A stretch of 64,000 bases of DNA, taken from Spongiibacteraceae bacterium (GTDB lineage: Bacteria; Pseudomonadota; Gammaproteobacteria; Pseudomonadales; CAMLJR01). Each line of letters starts with the position of its first letter. Position 1 is the stretch's first letter. The stretch is taken from the NCBI GenBank assembly GCA_043786385.1, contig JAYVWC010000001.1:9250-73249 (forward strand), read 5' to 3'. A program made the position numbers and the translations under genes. Below the pieces are notes generated by a model that worked only from the letters and a program-made list of their open reading frames with translations, was not told the origin of the DNA and did not search any database. This document shows, piece by piece, positions 11,243 through 21,349 of this stretch.

Positions 11243-11758
11243 CTAAAGGTCGGCTAGGTCGCGCAGATAACGAAATAGTTTGCGTGCTGCAGCCGGTGGC
11301 TGCTCGGCTTCGCGCTCTTTAACCGCAGCGTTAATCAACTGGCGTAAATGTTGGCGATCGGCATGCGGGTAGCAATCTAACACTTCGTCCATGGCGCTCG
11401 GGCCTTCGGCGAGTAATCGATCGCGCAGCTGTTCCAGGCGGTGGAATTGTTGATTGTGCAATTGCCGCCCATTTTGCAATTCGCGATACGCGGCTTCGAT
11501 TGCGCTGATATCGTTTTGTCGCATCAGCTTGCCGATAAATTGCAGCTGCCGACGCAAGCCTTCATTGCTATTTATGCGCCGCGCAATCGTTACAGCTGCC
11601 GCTAGTTCGCCCTGCAATGGAATTAATGCCAGCTCGCCGTCGCTGAGTTTGACGATCGCCTCACCTAATTCTTGTAAGGCTTGCATCTCGCGCTTGCGCG
11701 CACTTTTGCTCGGCTTTTCTTCCGTCGCAGAATAGTCTTCGGAGTGATCGTTGCGCAT
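11243..11758 (-). CDS. yjgA: Ribosome-associated protein YjgA/DarP (DUF615)
   Basis: 171 aa with an acidic N-terminus. Central RRQLQFIGKLMRQ and C-terminal ARKLFRYLRDLA resemble E. coli YjgA (RRRQLQLIGKMLRQ ... ARQIFQYLRELA). Confidence 0.85.
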   Translation of the reverse strand: MRNDHSEDYSATEEKPSKSARKREMQALQELGEAIVKLSDGELALIPLQGELAAAVTIARRINSNEGLRRQLQFIGKLMRQNDISAIEAAYRELQNGRQLHNQQFHRLEQLRDRLLAEGPSAMDEVLDCYPHADRQHLRQLINAAVKEREAEQPPAAARKLFRYLRDLADL

Positions 11759-11785
11759 AGAAAATTAACAGCCGGTGGATGAAAT

Positions 11786-12055
11786 TTATTCCGCTTCGTC
11801 GAAGCGGTTGTTGATAAGCGCAGTAACGCTATCGCAGGCCGAGGCTTCGTCGTCACCATCGAATTGCAATTCCAGCTCGGTGCCTTGACTGGCTGCCAGC
11901 ATCATTACCGCCATAATATTTTTGGCATCGACCATGCGGCCATTGATGCCGGTGCGAATTTGGCAGCGAAAAATCGCCGTCGTGCCGACGAGCTTAGCTG
12001 CTGCACGCGCGTGCAGGCCCAATTTGTTAATGATCATTATTTTTTTTGTAATCAT
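11786..12055 (-). CDS. ptsO: HPr-family phosphocarrier protein NPr (nitrogen PTS)
   Basis: 89 aa with the active-site context NKLGLHARAAAKL. It is located downstream of rapZ in the rpoN operon. Confidence 0.9.
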   Translation of the reverse strand: MITKKIMIINKLGLHARAAAKLVGTTAIFRCQIRTGINGRMVDAKNIMAVMMLAASQGTELELQFDGDDEASACDSVTALINNRFDEAE

Positions 12056-12104
12056 GGATGTATTGCGCCCGAAAACTTTTTTTCGATGTACTGGCTTGTC
12101 GACC

Positions 12105-12965
12105 TTACGTTGGAATAATTAGCTCGCGGTGTCTGACTTGTACATCTTTGAACTCACCGCTGAATGCTTTTGCCAAGCGTTCGGCCATATATACTGAGCG
12201 ATGTTGGCCGCCGGTGCAACCGAGCGAGATGGTTAGATAGCTGCGATTGCCAGCAAGAAATTGCGGCAGCCATTTTGTTAGCAGCGAAAAAATATCGGTG
12301 AACATTTCGGTGACTTCGGGTTTGCCATCGAGAAAGGCACGTACCGCACCGTCGTGGCCGGTTAAATTGCGCAGTAACGGATCCCAGTGGGGATTCGGCA
12401 GCACGCGCAAATCGAATACTAAATCGGAATCCACCGGTACGCCGCGTTTGTAACCGAATGAAACAAATAACAGCGAAATTCCCGCCGCATCGCGGCCCAA
12501 GACGCGTTCGCGCAGCGTGCTACGTAGTTCGTGAACGTTGATGTTGCGCGTATCGAGATTGAGCCCGGCGGCTATCGCGATCGGTTCGAGCAAAGTTTTT
12601 TCTGCGGCGATCGCTTCGGGCAATGCAGTGAATTCATCGCTGAGCGGATGGCGGCGGCGCGTTTCCGAGAAGCGTTTGATCAATGTGTGATCGTCGGCGT
12701 CGAGATAGATCACTTCGATATGCACATCTGCCGGTAGCGAGTTCAGCAGTTCGTTAAAGTGCGATAGGTCTTTGGTCGTATTGCGCGCATCGATGCACAC
12801 AGCGACTTTACTATTGCCACGACCATCGGCACGCAATTGATCGACTAATTGCACTAACAACGATACCGGCAGATTGTCGATCGCGTAAAAACCTTCATCC
12901 TCGAATAAATGCAGAGCAGAACTTTTACCGGAGCCGGAGCGGCCGCTGATCACTACGAGTTGCAT
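12105..12965 (-). CDS. rapZ: RNase adapter protein RapZ (YhbJ)
   Basis: 286 aa. It has the Walker A motif ISGRSGSGKSSAL and the C-terminal GCTGGQHRSV motif. Confidence 0.93.
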   Translation of the reverse strand: MQLVVISGRSGSGKSSALHLFEDEGFYAIDNLPVSLLVQLVDQLRADGRGNSKVAVCIDARNTTKDLSHFNELLNSLPADVHIEVIYLDADDHTLIKRFSETRRRHPLSDEFTALPEAIAAEKTLLEPIAIAAGLNLDTRNINVHELRSTLRERVLGRDAAGISLLFVSFGYKRGVPVDSDLVFDLRVLPNPHWDPLLRNLTGHDGAVRAFLDGKPEVTEMFTDIFSLLTKWLPQFLAGNRSYLTISLGCTGGQHRSVYMAERLAKAFSGEFKDVQVRHRELIIPT

Positions 12966-12997
12966 CGGTGCTCCCTCCGGTGATGAGTTGGCGCAGG

Positions 12998-13450
12998 TTA
13001 GCGATTGAAAGTGGCGGCAGCGTTAAATAATTGCTCGGCCGTCGTCGCGGCGCGTAGCAGCTGTCGAAATGAGGATTGATTAAATAGCTCAGCTAATGCG
13101 GCCAGCGTATTCAGGTGTTGTTGTATCGCATTTTCGGGGGCCAGCGAAACAAATAAAATATCGACCGGCGCAGCGTCGATGGCATCGAAATCGATCGGCT
13201 CCGCCAATGTAATGAGTGCCCCGACGACGGTATCGAGTTGCTTTAAGCGACAATGCGGAATCGCGATGCCGCTGCCTAGGCCGGTGCTGCCGAGTCGCTC
13301 GCGTGCTTGCAGGCTCTGTAATAGCGTACTGACGTCGAGCCCGGTACTGTCGCCGATAAAGCGCGCACTGATTTCCAGCGCCTGTTGTTTATCAGGCGCT
13401 GAAACTTTGCACAGTGTGCGGTCGATGGTTAGGATCGAGCTGAGGTTCAT
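12998..13450 (-). CDS. ptsN: Nitrogen-PTS enzyme IIA (EIIA-Ntr)
   Basis: 150 aa with the phosphorylation-site context GSGIAIPHCRL. It sits between hpf and rapZ. Confidence 0.92.
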   Translation of the reverse strand: MNLSSILTIDRTLCKVSAPDKQQALEISARFIGDSTGLDVSTLLQSLQARERLGSTGLGSGIAIPHCRLKQLDTVVGALITLAEPIDFDAIDAAPVDILFVSLAPENAIQQHLNTLAALAELFNQSSFRQLLRAATTAEQLFNAAATFNR

Positions 13451-13464
13451 GGTTGCTCGGACGT

Positions 13465-13752
13465 TTAACGGCCCTTGGTTTTTTCTTTGTGCTTAATCAA
13501 TTGGCGATCAAGTTTGTCCGCCAGGCTGTCGATCGCCGAATACATATCTTCCGACGCGCATTCGGCAAATAAATTGGCGCCAGCGACATGCACGGTGGCT
13601 TCTGCTTTCTGCACTAATTTTTCAACGGTCAGTGTCACCGCCGTATTAGTGATATGGTCGAAATGATTTTGCAGTTTGGATAGTTTATTAGTGACATAGT
13701 CGCGCAGGGCGGGGGTGACGTCGACATGGTGGCCGCTTACGGTGATTTGCAT
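13465..13752 (-). CDS. hpf: Ribosome hibernation promoting factor (short form)
   Basis: 95 aa starting MQITVSGHHVDVTPALRDYV, typical of the HPF/YhbH family. It lies directly downstream of rpoN. Confidence 0.92.
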   Translation of the reverse strand: MQITVSGHHVDVTPALRDYVTNKLSKLQNHFDHITNTAVTLTVEKLVQKAEATVHVAGANLFAECASEDMYSAIDSLADKLDRQLIKHKEKTKGR

Positions 13753-13937
13753 AGATCACTCCTTCAGTACCGATGGAAGAAACTTGTCTCGCTAGCTCGC
13801 CAGTGTCAGCGTGCTCTATTTGCACTATAGATCAAACTGGCGCTGTATTCTTTGACTTTCCGATGCTGACAATAGGTGAAAATTTTTTTACATCAAGCGC
13901 GCGTTCGCTGCCGTTTGGCAATGGCTGCGCGGCAACG

Positions 13938-15431
13938 CTATATCAACTGCTTGCGCTCATTCGATGGCGGTATCGACATCGACTCGCGGTATTTAGCGAT
14001 GGTGCGCCTCGCTACTACGATACCTTGTTCGGCGAGTAGTTCGGTGATACGACTGTCGCTGAGGGGCTTGCGAGTATTTTCGGCTGCAATCAGCTTCTTA
14101 ATCAAGGCGCGGATTGCGGTCGATGAGCATTCGCCACCAGAGTCGGTGGCGACGTGGCTAGAGAAGAAATATTTCAGTTCAAAAATGCCGCGCGGCGTAT
14201 GCATGTATTTTTGTGTGGTGACGCGCGAAATGGTCGATTCGTGCATGCCCACCGCTTCAGCGATGTCGTGCAATACCAGCGGCTTCATCGCCTCTTCGCC
14301 ATACTCGAAAAAACCACGTTGATGTTCGACGATTTTGCTGGAGACTTTCAGCAGCGTTTCGTTGCGGCTTTGCAGGCTTTTCAAAAACCAGCGCGCCTCT
14401 TGTAGATTATCGCGCAGGTAGGTTTTATCGGAGCCGGAATCGGCGCGCCGCACCAGCGCTGCGTAATCGGCGTTGATGCGGATTTTCGGCGCAATTTCGG
14501 GGTTCAGCTCGACGCTCCAGCGGCCGCGCAGCTTGCGCACAAAAACATCCGGTACCACGTATTCGGCAGCGCTTCCGGCGATGCTGGTGCCGGGCGTTGG
14601 GTTTAGCGTTTGGATCAGTCGCAACGCTTCGCGCAGCTCATTTTCTTTAAGCCGCGAGCGGCGCATCAGCTGCATGTAATCGCGATTGCCGAGCAGTTGG
14701 ATATGTTTGTCGACCACCAGTTTGGCTTCGCGCAGCCACGGCGTAGTCGGCGACAGCTGTTGCAGTTGGATTAGTAGGCACTCGCGCAAATCGCGGCCCG
14801 CAACCCCGGCCGGATCGAATTGCTGAATGCGATGCAGTACGGCAATGATTTCGTCGAGCTCGATCTCGGCGTCTTCGGGCAGGCCTTCCAACAGCTCTTC
14901 GGGGCTTAGCGTCAAGCGACCGTTTGGATCGATCGCATCGATGATGGCGGTCGCAATCATGCGATCGTTATCCGACATGCGAGTCAGATTTAACTGCCAG
15001 TGCAAATGGTCCTGCAGCGAATCGGCGGTGCCGTTGCGCGCGTCCATATCGAAATCGGAATCGTCGCCTGACGAGCCGGAGCCGCTGGATTGATAGACAT
15101 CCTCCCACACGGTATCGACCGGCAGTTCGGCCGGAATATCGTTTTGCCATTCGCCGTCGCTGCCGAGCTCTTCGTTGTCGGTACTTGCGGTGGCGCTGCT
15201 TTCGCGTTGCAAATCGTGGCTATTGGCGGGTGTATTGATTTCTGTAGTGCTTGGATCGACGGGGCCGTCTTCGCTATCGTCGCCGATCTCAAGCATCGGG
15301 TTGCTGTCGAGTGCACTTTGAATTTCTTGCTGTAAATCGAGGGTGGAAAGTTGCAGAAGTTTGATCGCTTGCTGCAGCTGCGGGGTCATAGTCAGCTGCT
15401 GGCCGAGTCTTAACTGAAGCGATTGTTTCAT
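13938..15431 (-). CDS. rpoN: RNA polymerase sigma-54 factor
   Basis: 497 aa. It has the region I sequence [29 protein letters not shown], an acidic region II and the C-terminal RpoN box [10 protein letters not shown]. Confidence 0.97.
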   Translation of the reverse strand: MKQSLQLRLGQQLTMTPQLQQAIKLLQLSTLDLQQEIQSALDSNPMLEIGDDSEDGPVDPSTTEINTPANSHDLQRESSATASTDNEELGSDGEWQNDIPAELPVDTVWEDVYQSSGSGSSGDDSDFDMDARNGTADSLQDHLHWQLNLTRMSDNDRMIATAIIDAIDPNGRLTLSPEELLEGLPEDAEIELDEIIAVLHRIQQFDPAGVAGRDLRECLLIQLQQLSPTTPWLREAKLVVDKHIQLLGNRDYMQLMRRSRLKENELREALRLIQTLNPTPGTSIAGSAAEYVVPDVFVRKLRGRWSVELNPEIAPKIRINADYAALVRRADSGSDKTYLRDNLQEARWFLKSLQSRNETLLKVSSKIVEHQRGFFEYGEEAMKPLVLHDIAEAVGMHESTISRVTTQKYMHTPRGIFELKYFFSSHVATDSGGECSSTAIRALIKKLIAAENTRKPLSDSRITELLAEQGIVVARRTIAKYRESMSIPPSNERKQLI

Positions 15432-15574
15432 AAACTGCTACCGCAAAACCTCGGATTAGGGAGCCCGTGGCAAAGATGGAATGAATACTGCATTGTCAGT
15501 GTAGCTGGCGGTGGCAGGTGCTGCAATTTGATTGCAGAATTTGTTCGCTGCGATCAACTTGCAAAGGATGGGGG

Positions 15575-16300
15575 CTAAAGTCGGAAGTGCTCGCCTAGAT
15601 AGGTTTCACGCACCTTGGCATCGTTCAGTACCGTCTGTGCATCACCCGTTGCAATGATCAGGCCTTCGCCGACGATGTAGGCTTTCTCGCAAATATCCAG
15701 CGTATCGCGTACGTTGTGGTCGGTGATCAGTACGCCGATACCTTTATCGCGCAGATGTTTGATGATCTGTTTGATGTCGTTGACCGAGATTGGATCGACG
15801 CCGGCAAAGGGTTCGTCGAGCAGTATAAAAGCAGGATCCAGCGCCAGCGCGCGGGCAATCTCGGCGCGTCGTCGTTCGCCGCCGGACAGCGACATTCCCA
15901 AACTTTTGCGAATATGGGTGATGTGAAATTCGGTCAGTAATTCGTCGAGGCGTTGCCGACGTTGGCGGGCACTCAATTCCGGTCTCGTTTCGAGAATCGC
16001 CTTGATGTTGTCGGCGACAGATAGTTTGCGAAAGACCGAAGCCTCCTGCGGCAAATAACCCAACCCGGCGCGCGCGCGGCCGTGTAACGGCAGCGCAGTA
16101 ATATCCTGCTGATCGAGCAGAATGCGGCCGCGGTCGTTGGCGACGATGCCGGCGATCATGTAAAAGCAGGTGGTTTTGCCTGCACCGTTGGGGCCGAGCA
16201 AGCCAACGATCTGACCGCTATGGACCTCCAGCGACACATCGGTAACTACTGCGCGACCTTTGTACGATTTGGCGAGATTCAGCGCCTGTAATTTACGCAT
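15575..16300 (-). CDS. lptB: LPS export ABC transporter ATP-binding protein LptB
   Basis: ORF 15575..16306 begins at a TTG. The ATG at 16300 gives [19 protein letters not shown]... (241 aa, comparable to E. coli LptB). Walker [10 protein letters not shown] and signature LSGGERRR are present. Confidence 0.93.
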   Translation of the reverse strand: MRKLQALNLAKSYKGRAVVTDVSLEVHSGQIVGLLGPNGAGKTTCFYMIAGIVANDRGRILLDQQDITALPLHGRARAGLGYLPQEASVFRKLSVADNIKAILETRPELSARQRRQRLDELLTEFHITHIRKSLGMSLSGGERRRAEIARALALDPAFILLDEPFAGVDPISVNDIKQIIKHLRDKGIGVLITDHNVRDTLDICEKAYIVGEGLIIATGDAQTVLNDAKVRETYLGEHFRL

Positions 16301-16302
16301 GC

Positions 16303-16971
16303 TCAACGGCGCTCAGTCGATCCGGCATTGCCGGATCCGCTAGTCGATGGCGCTGCATTGGCGGGTGCTGGGCTTACCGGAGTGGGGCTCGTTGGCGCTC
16401 CGGCGGAAGGAGTTGCTGATGCCGGGCCAGAAGAGGGCGCGGTGGTGGCAGGTGCGGCGCTCTGGCTGGGTTGCAAAATCATTTCGACGCGGCCTGGCTG
16501 GCTATTGGTGGTGCCTTCGGCGCGCAGCACTTTGCTCGGCAGCAGGTATTCGATGCGCTGGCCTTTTAGCGTCGATTGATCGCGATCGACCAGCGCATCC
16601 TGCAGCAGTTCGACGCGTTGCTCGACGCTGTAATAAATCACCGTGCCGGCGTGGCCGGTTATCAAGCCGCCGTTGGTGTCGGGCTGCTCTTGAAACTGCA
16701 CCGGTTTGCCAGTGGCTACCGCGCGCTGCAATTTGCCCTGGTCGTGATAGAGCACTACTTGATCGGCGGCGATTTTTATCGAGCCCTGCACGATCACTAC
16801 ATTGCCTCGATAGGTGACCATGTTATTTTCCTGCACGGCGCTATCGGCAGTGATATGAATCGGCTGCTGCTGATCTTCGGGCAATGCGCTGGCCAGCGAT
16901 GCGGTTAGCGTCCAGCCCAGTGCGACGATAAGTTGCAGGCCGGGTTTGTGGCTAGATTTAGGGCTGAACAT
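16303..16971 (-). CDS. lptA: LPS transport periplasmic protein LptA, with a Pro/Ala/Ser/Thr-rich C-terminal extension
   Basis: It has a signal peptide (…[14 protein letters not shown]) and the OstA-like fold sequence PIHITADSA...[19 protein letters not shown]. It sits between lptC and lptB. The ATG at 16971 is the likely start. Confidence 0.88.
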   Translation of the reverse strand: MFSPKSSHKPGLQLIVALGWTLTASLASALPEDQQQPIHITADSAVQENNMVTYRGNVVIVQGSIKIAADQVVLYHDQGKLQRAVATGKPVQFQEQPDTNGGLITGHAGTVIYYSVEQRVELLQDALVDRDQSTLKGQRIEYLLPSKVLRAEGTTNSQPGRVEMILQPSQSAAPATTAPSSGPASATPSAGAPTSPTPVSPAPANAAPSTSGSGNAGSTERR

Positions 16972-17530
16972 GAGTGCTCTCAACCTGATGCAGAAGCTCG
17001 ATGCGATTGCTATTTAAATTGGCGCGCATACCGATCGCGCGCGTCGTGTCATTCAATTTATTCATGGTCACCGCGACCTCCGACGAGGCTTCGCCGCGAC
17101 TTGGCAGATAGCGTAACGACTCGGTATGCAGCTGCATCGTGCGGGCGCGATCGCTGACGGTGACCGCGCCTTGCAGCAGAATTTCGTCGTCGCCGAGCAG
17201 CGTGCCGGTGCTGGCGTTAGTGTTCCAAATTTCGCCGCGCTTATTGGTTGTCTCCAGCACTGGTGTTGTTAGCAGTGTGCGATTGCTGTCTGGATAATGC
17301 TGCATCGAAATAGAGTGCAGCGTTTGTACTAGCTTGCCGGTTTCATCGAATTTAATGCCGTGCACCTGCTCGGCGTACAGATCGATGCGGTCGGCGTCTT
17401 GCGGATACGGCATCATCGACGCAGGTGGATTGCTATCCCAGTACAGCATCACATACGTGATCATAGCCAAACAGCCGCCGAGCCCCGCCAATAATGTCGG
17501 GCGCGGCCAGCCGTTAGGCAAGCTCGCCAT
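16958..17530 (-). CDS. lptC: LPS export system protein LptC
   Basis: Within ORF 16958..17770(-). The plausible start is the Met at 17530 (MASLPNGWPRPTLLAGLGGCLAMITYVML...), giving a roughly 190 aa single-TM protein. This start overlaps the kdsC stop (TAATG). Confidence 0.8.
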   Translation of the reverse strand: MASLPNGWPRPTLLAGLGGCLAMITYVMLYWDSNPPASMMPYPQDADRIDLYAEQVHGIKFDETGKLVQTLHSISMQHYPDSNRTLLTTPVLETTNKRGEIWNTNASTGTLLGDDEILLQGAVTVSDRARTMQLHTESLRYLPSRGEASSEVAVTMNKLNDTTRAIGMRANLNSNRIELLHQVESTHVQP

Positions 17531-18051
17531 TAGAGGTATTGCTCCAGGATGGCGTCGAGTTTGTTTTGTGCGGTCAGAATTAAATCGCAAACCTCGCGCA
17601 CCGCACCGTCGCCGCCGCGGCGCAAAGTTTGATGCGCCGCGTGCGCGACAACTAAATGGTGGCCATTCGCCACGGTGATACCAAGACCGACCGCGCGAAT
17701 CGCGGATAGATCGGGCAGGTCGTCGCCGATATAGGCGACCGCATCGAGCGCGATATTTAATTCGGTGCACAGACTGCGCAATGCAACCAATTTATCTTCG
17801 CGACCTTGAATGATATGGCGAATGCCGAGTTCGCTGCCGCGGCGTGCGACCAAGGCCGAGCTGCGACCGGTGATGATGGCGACGTCGATACCGGCGCGCA
17901 TCAATAATTTGATCCCTAAACCATCCTGAATATCGAATGCTTTTAGTTCTTCCTGATTATTGCCGTACCAGAGTCGGCCGTCGGTTAGCACGCCATCGAC
18001 ATCGAGCACCAGCAGCGTAACGGCACGCGCTTTGGTTAACACTTGCTGCAT
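17530..18051 (-). CDS. kdsC: 3-deoxy-D-manno-octulosonate 8-phosphate phosphatase
   Basis: 173 aa with the HAD motif LLVLDVDGVLTDG and ...YIGDDLPDL.... It lies downstream of kdsD. Confidence 0.92.
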   Translation of the reverse strand: MQQVLTKARAVTLLVLDVDGVLTDGRLWYGNNQEELKAFDIQDGLGIKLLMRAGIDVAIITGRSSALVARRGSELGIRHIIQGREDKLVALRSLCTELNIALDAVAYIGDDLPDLSAIRAVGLGITVANGHHLVVAHAAHQTLRRGGDGAVREVCDLILTAQNKLDAILEQYL

Positions 18052-18076
18052 GGCAGATACCTGGAGCGTGGATACA

Positions 18077-19048
18077 TTAAACTAATCCGGCGCGCAATAA
18101 ATCGTGCACATGCACGGCGCCGATCGGATGATTTTGTGCGTCGACGACCACCAGCGCGCTAATTTTATAGTTATCCATAATATTTAACGCTTCGGCGGCC
18201 AGCATTTGTGCAGATACGGTTTTGCTGTTGCGATTCATCACGGTGTCGATCAGCGTGTGTTGAATATCGACGCCGCGATCGAGCGCGCGGCGCAAATCGC
18301 CGTCGGTGAACAGACCCAACAGTACATCGTGATCATCGACAATGGTGGTCATGCCTAAACCTTTCGCGCTCATTTCGAGCAGCGCACGACTCAGTGCTGT
18401 ACCGAGACGTACTTTCGGTACGGCATCGGCACTGCGCATCACATCTTCTACTTTTAATAATAATTTCCGACCGAGCGTACCGCCCGGATGCGAAAACGCA
18501 AAATCCTCGGCGGTGAAACCGCGCGCTTCGAGCAGTGCGATCGCCAGCGCATCGCCCATCACCAGCGTTGCGGTGGTGCTGGAAGTTGGCGCTAAATTGA
18601 GCGGGCACGCTTCTTGGGCGACGCTGATATCGAGATTCACATCGGCGGTTTTTGCCAACAGCGAATCGCTGTTGCCGGTCATGCTGATCACTGGCACGCG
18701 CAGTCGTTTTAATAAAGGTAACAGTGTTATCAACTCTGCGGTGTTGCCGGAATTCGATAGCGCTAATACCACATCGTTGGCAGTGATCATGCCGAGATCG
18801 CCGTGACTCGCTTCCGCCGGATGGACAAACATTGCCGGTGTGCCGGTGCTGGCCAGGGTCGCTGCGATTTTGGTGCCGATATGTCCGGATTTGCCCATGC
18901 CGCTGACGACGACGCGACCGCGACAACCGAGCAGAATCGTACACGCGCGCTCAAAGCTGGCATCGAGATGCTGCAGCAAGCCGCCGACCGCGTCGCGCTC
19001 GAGGCCAATCGTGCGCTTGGCCGAATCTAAAAAAGAAACCTGGGTCAT
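18077..19048 (-). CDS. kdsD: Arabinose-5-phosphate isomerase
   Basis: 323 aa. It has a SIS domain (VVVSGMGKSGHIG) followed by tandem CBS domains. Confidence 0.92.
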   Translation of the reverse strand: MTQVSFLDSAKRTIGLERDAVGGLLQHLDASFERACTILLGCRGRVVVSGMGKSGHIGTKIAATLASTGTPAMFVHPAEASHGDLGMITANDVVLALSNSGNTAELITLLPLLKRLRVPVISMTGNSDSLLAKTADVNLDISVAQEACPLNLAPTSSTTATLVMGDALAIALLEARGFTAEDFAFSHPGGTLGRKLLLKVEDVMRSADAVPKVRLGTALSRALLEMSAKGLGMTTIVDDHDVLLGLFTDGDLRRALDRGVDIQHTLIDTVMNRNSKTVSAQMLAAEALNIMDNYKISALVVVDAQNHPIGAVHVHDLLRAGLV

Positions 19049-19267
19049 CAGTGTAAATGCCGTCGCGCAATTTTAGCTGCAATAAAAGGTGGTTAATGAT
19101 ACGTGGCGCGTGCCGAGAATAACAGCGCGAGCAGCCGCGCAAAATTATTGCTGCGTGCAGCTCAATGTATGCGTCGATGTCATGCAATCTTATCGATGCT
19201 GCCACAGGCCAGTTAAATCACGTTATGATAGCGGCCGACTTTAAGGCGGGATGTATCGAGAGCGTGT

Positions 19268-20089
19268 ATGGGTGAGCGGCCGGCCAGTACTGGCGACAAT
19301 TTGATCGAAGTGCGCGATCTGCATTTTCAGCGTGGTAATCGTTCGATTTTCGAAGGCGTCGATATCGATATCGCGCGCGGTAAAATTACCGCCATCATGG
19401 GGCCGAGCGGCACCGGTAAAACGACATTGTTGCGTTTGATCGGCGGGCAGTTGCGCCCCGATCGCGGTTCGATTTATCTGAACGGCAATAATATCCCCAA
19501 ATTGAACCGCACTGAGTTGTTTGAGGTGCGGCGCAAAATGGGCATGCTATTTCAGAGCGGCGCGCTATTCACCGATCTCAATGTCTACGAAAACGTTGCG
19601 TTTCCGCTGCGCGTGCATACGCATCTGCCGGAAGAAATGATTCGCGATTTGGTGCTGATCAAATTGCAGGCGGTTGGGTTGCGCGGCGCGCGCGATTTAA
19701 TGCCGAGCGAATTATCCGGTGGCATGGCGCGACGCGCAGCGTTGGCGCGCGCCATCGTGCTCGATCCGCAATTGATTATGTACGACGAGCCATTCGTCGG
19801 TCAGGATCCAATTTCGATGGGCATGCTGGTGCAATTGATTCGTTTGCTCAGTGATTCTCTCGACTTGACCAGCATTATCGTTTCGCACGATGTGCACGAA
19901 GCTGCCAGCATCGCCGATTACATTTACGTGATCGCCGATGGCAAAGTGGTCGGGCACGGCACGCCCGAGCAAGTGATGAACACCGACGAGCCGCGCGTGC
20001 GGCAATTTATTCGCGGCCTGCCGGATGGCCCGGTGCCGTTCCATTATCCCGCGGTTAATTACCGCGACGACTTATTGCTCGGAGCATGA
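19268..20089 (+). CDS. mlaF: Phospholipid ABC transporter ATP-binding protein MlaF
   Basis: 273 aa. Walker [10 protein letters not shown] and signature [14 protein letters not shown] are present. It is the first gene of the mlaFEDCB cluster. Confidence 0.92.
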   Translation: MGERPASTGDNLIEVRDLHFQRGNRSIFEGVDIDIARGKITAIMGPSGTGKTTLLRLIGGQLRPDRGSIYLNGNNIPKLNRTELFEVRRKMGMLFQSGALFTDLNVYENVAFPLRVHTHLPEEMIRDLVLIKLQAVGLRGARDLMPSELSGGMARRAALARAIVLDPQLIMYDEPFVGQDPISMGMLVQLIRLLSDSLDLTSIIVSHDVHEAASIADYIYVIADGKVVGHGTPEQVMNTDEPRVRQFIRGLPDGPVPFHYPAVNYRDDLLLGA

Positions 20090-20093
20090 TGCA

Positions 20094-20876
20094 GTGCTGA
20101 TTTTTTTACAGCGCCTCGGCCTGAACGGTTTGGATACGCTTGCCGTTCTCGGTCGCGCCGGACGCTTTTGGTGGCAGTCGCTGTGGGGCTGGCCGGATTG
20201 GCGCAATGGGCCGGGCCTGTTGGTGCGGCAATTGTATTTTGTCGGCGTGTATTCGCTGGTGATTATTATCGTGTCCGGTATGTTCATCGGCATGGTGCTG
20301 GCGCTACAGGGTTATACCGTGCTGGTGCGCTTCGGTGCCGATCAGGCGTTGGGGCAATTAGTGTCGCTGTCGCTGATTCGCGAATTGGGGCCGGTGGTGG
20401 CAGCGTTATTATTCGCTGGGCGCGCGGGCTCGGCGCTGACTGCAGAAATCGGTTTGATGAAAGCCACCGAGCAATTGGCGTCGATGGAGATGATCGGTGT
20501 CGATCCACTCAAGCGCGTGATCCGTCCGCGACTGTGGGCCGGTATGATTTCGATGCCGATATTGGCGCAAATTTTTAATATGGTGGCGATCTGGGGTGCG
20601 GTCGCGGTCGGTGTCGATTGGTTGCACGTCGATACCGGTTCGTTCTGGTCGAACATGCAAAGCGCGGTGGAATTTCGCGAAGATGTTATCAACGGTTTAA
20701 TCAAGTCGGTTGTGTTCGGTGCGGTGATTTCGTGGATTGCGGTCTTTCAAGGTTACGATGCGGTGCCGACTTCCGAGGGTATCAGTGCCGCGACCACGCG
20801 TACCGTGGTGTATTCTTCGCTCGCTATTTTGGGGATGGACTTTCTCCTCACCGCCATTATGTTCGGAGTTAATTGA
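20094..20876 (+). CDS. mlaE: Phospholipid ABC transporter permease MlaE
   Basis: ORF 20025..20876. The in-frame GTG at 20094, just after the mlaF stop, gives a roughly 260 aa polytopic permease, which is the typical MlaE length. The exact start is uncertain. Confidence 0.88.
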   Translation: MLIFLQRLGLNGLDTLAVLGRAGRFWWQSLWGWPDWRNGPGLLVRQLYFVGVYSLVIIIVSGMFIGMVLALQGYTVLVRFGADQALGQLVSLSLIRELGPVVAALLFAGRAGSALTAEIGLMKATEQLASMEMIGVDPLKRVIRPRLWAGMISMPILAQIFNMVAIWGAVAVGVDWLHVDTGSFWSNMQSAVEFREDVINGLIKSVVFGAVISWIAVFQGYDAVPTSEGISAATTRTVVYSSLAILGMDFLLTAIMFGVN

Positions 20877-20878
20877 TT

Positions 20879-21346
20879 ATGCGTATGCGTACCATCGAAA
20901 TCAGCGTTGGCATATTTATGCTGGCCGGCATTCTGGCGTTGGCATTTCTCGCCATTCAGGTCAGCGGGCTCAGCGTGCGCGATAATACGCGCGATGTTTA
21001 CAAGCTCTATGCACGTTTCAGTAACGCGGCGGGGCTCACCGTGCGCGCGAAAGTATCGGTCGCCGGCGTAGTGATTGGCCGTGTCACTTCACTCACGTTG
21101 GATCCAAAAGACACTCGCGCTAAAGTTGAAATGTCGATCGACAATAAAGTCGATTTCCTCACTGCCGATAGCATTGCAGCGATTCAGACCGCGGGTATTC
21201 TCGGCGAAAAATATATCGCCATTTCGGTCGGCGGCGATCCGGAAATGTTAAAAGCCGGCGATGAAATTACCGATACGCAATCGGCGCTGGTGCTCGAGGA
21301 TTTGATCGGCAAAGTGCTAACCAATCTCGGCAGCAAGAAGGACTAA
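20879..21346 (+). CDS. mlaD: Phospholipid transport MCE-domain protein MlaD
   Basis: About 155 aa. It has an N-terminal anchor (MRMRTIEISVGIFMLAGILALAFLAIQVSGL) and an MCE domain. The ATG at 20879 follows a GGAG. The ORF track starts at TTG 20873. Confidence 0.9.
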   Translation: MRMRTIEISVGIFMLAGILALAFLAIQVSGLSVRDNTRDVYKLYARFSNAAGLTVRAKVSVAGVVIGRVTSLTLDPKDTRAKVEMSIDNKVDFLTADSIAAIQTAGILGEKYIAISVGGDPEMLKAGDEITDTQSALVLEDLIGKVLTNLGSKKD

Positions 21347-21349
21347 GCG

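Noticed and set aside
13910-13930. TGGCA-N-containing sigma-54-like string (TTTGGCAATGGCTGCGC) in the rpoN-hpf spacer.
   Set aside because: It lies on the plus strand, whereas all flanking genes are on the minus strand. The -12 element is poor (GCGC instead of TTGC).
16958-17770. N-terminal extensions of track ORFs for lptC. The same applies to yhcB (29367..30044), lpoA (38072..40312), petC (34205..), murD (49047..), murC (52696..), hisD (24767..), murA (22784..), ibaG (22458..) and diaA (..37787).
   Set aside because: The extensions overlap the upstream gene or the divergent neighbour, are Arg-rich nonsense, and precede the point where family-conserved N-termini begin. Internal starts with better ribosome-binding sites or coupling were chosen instead.
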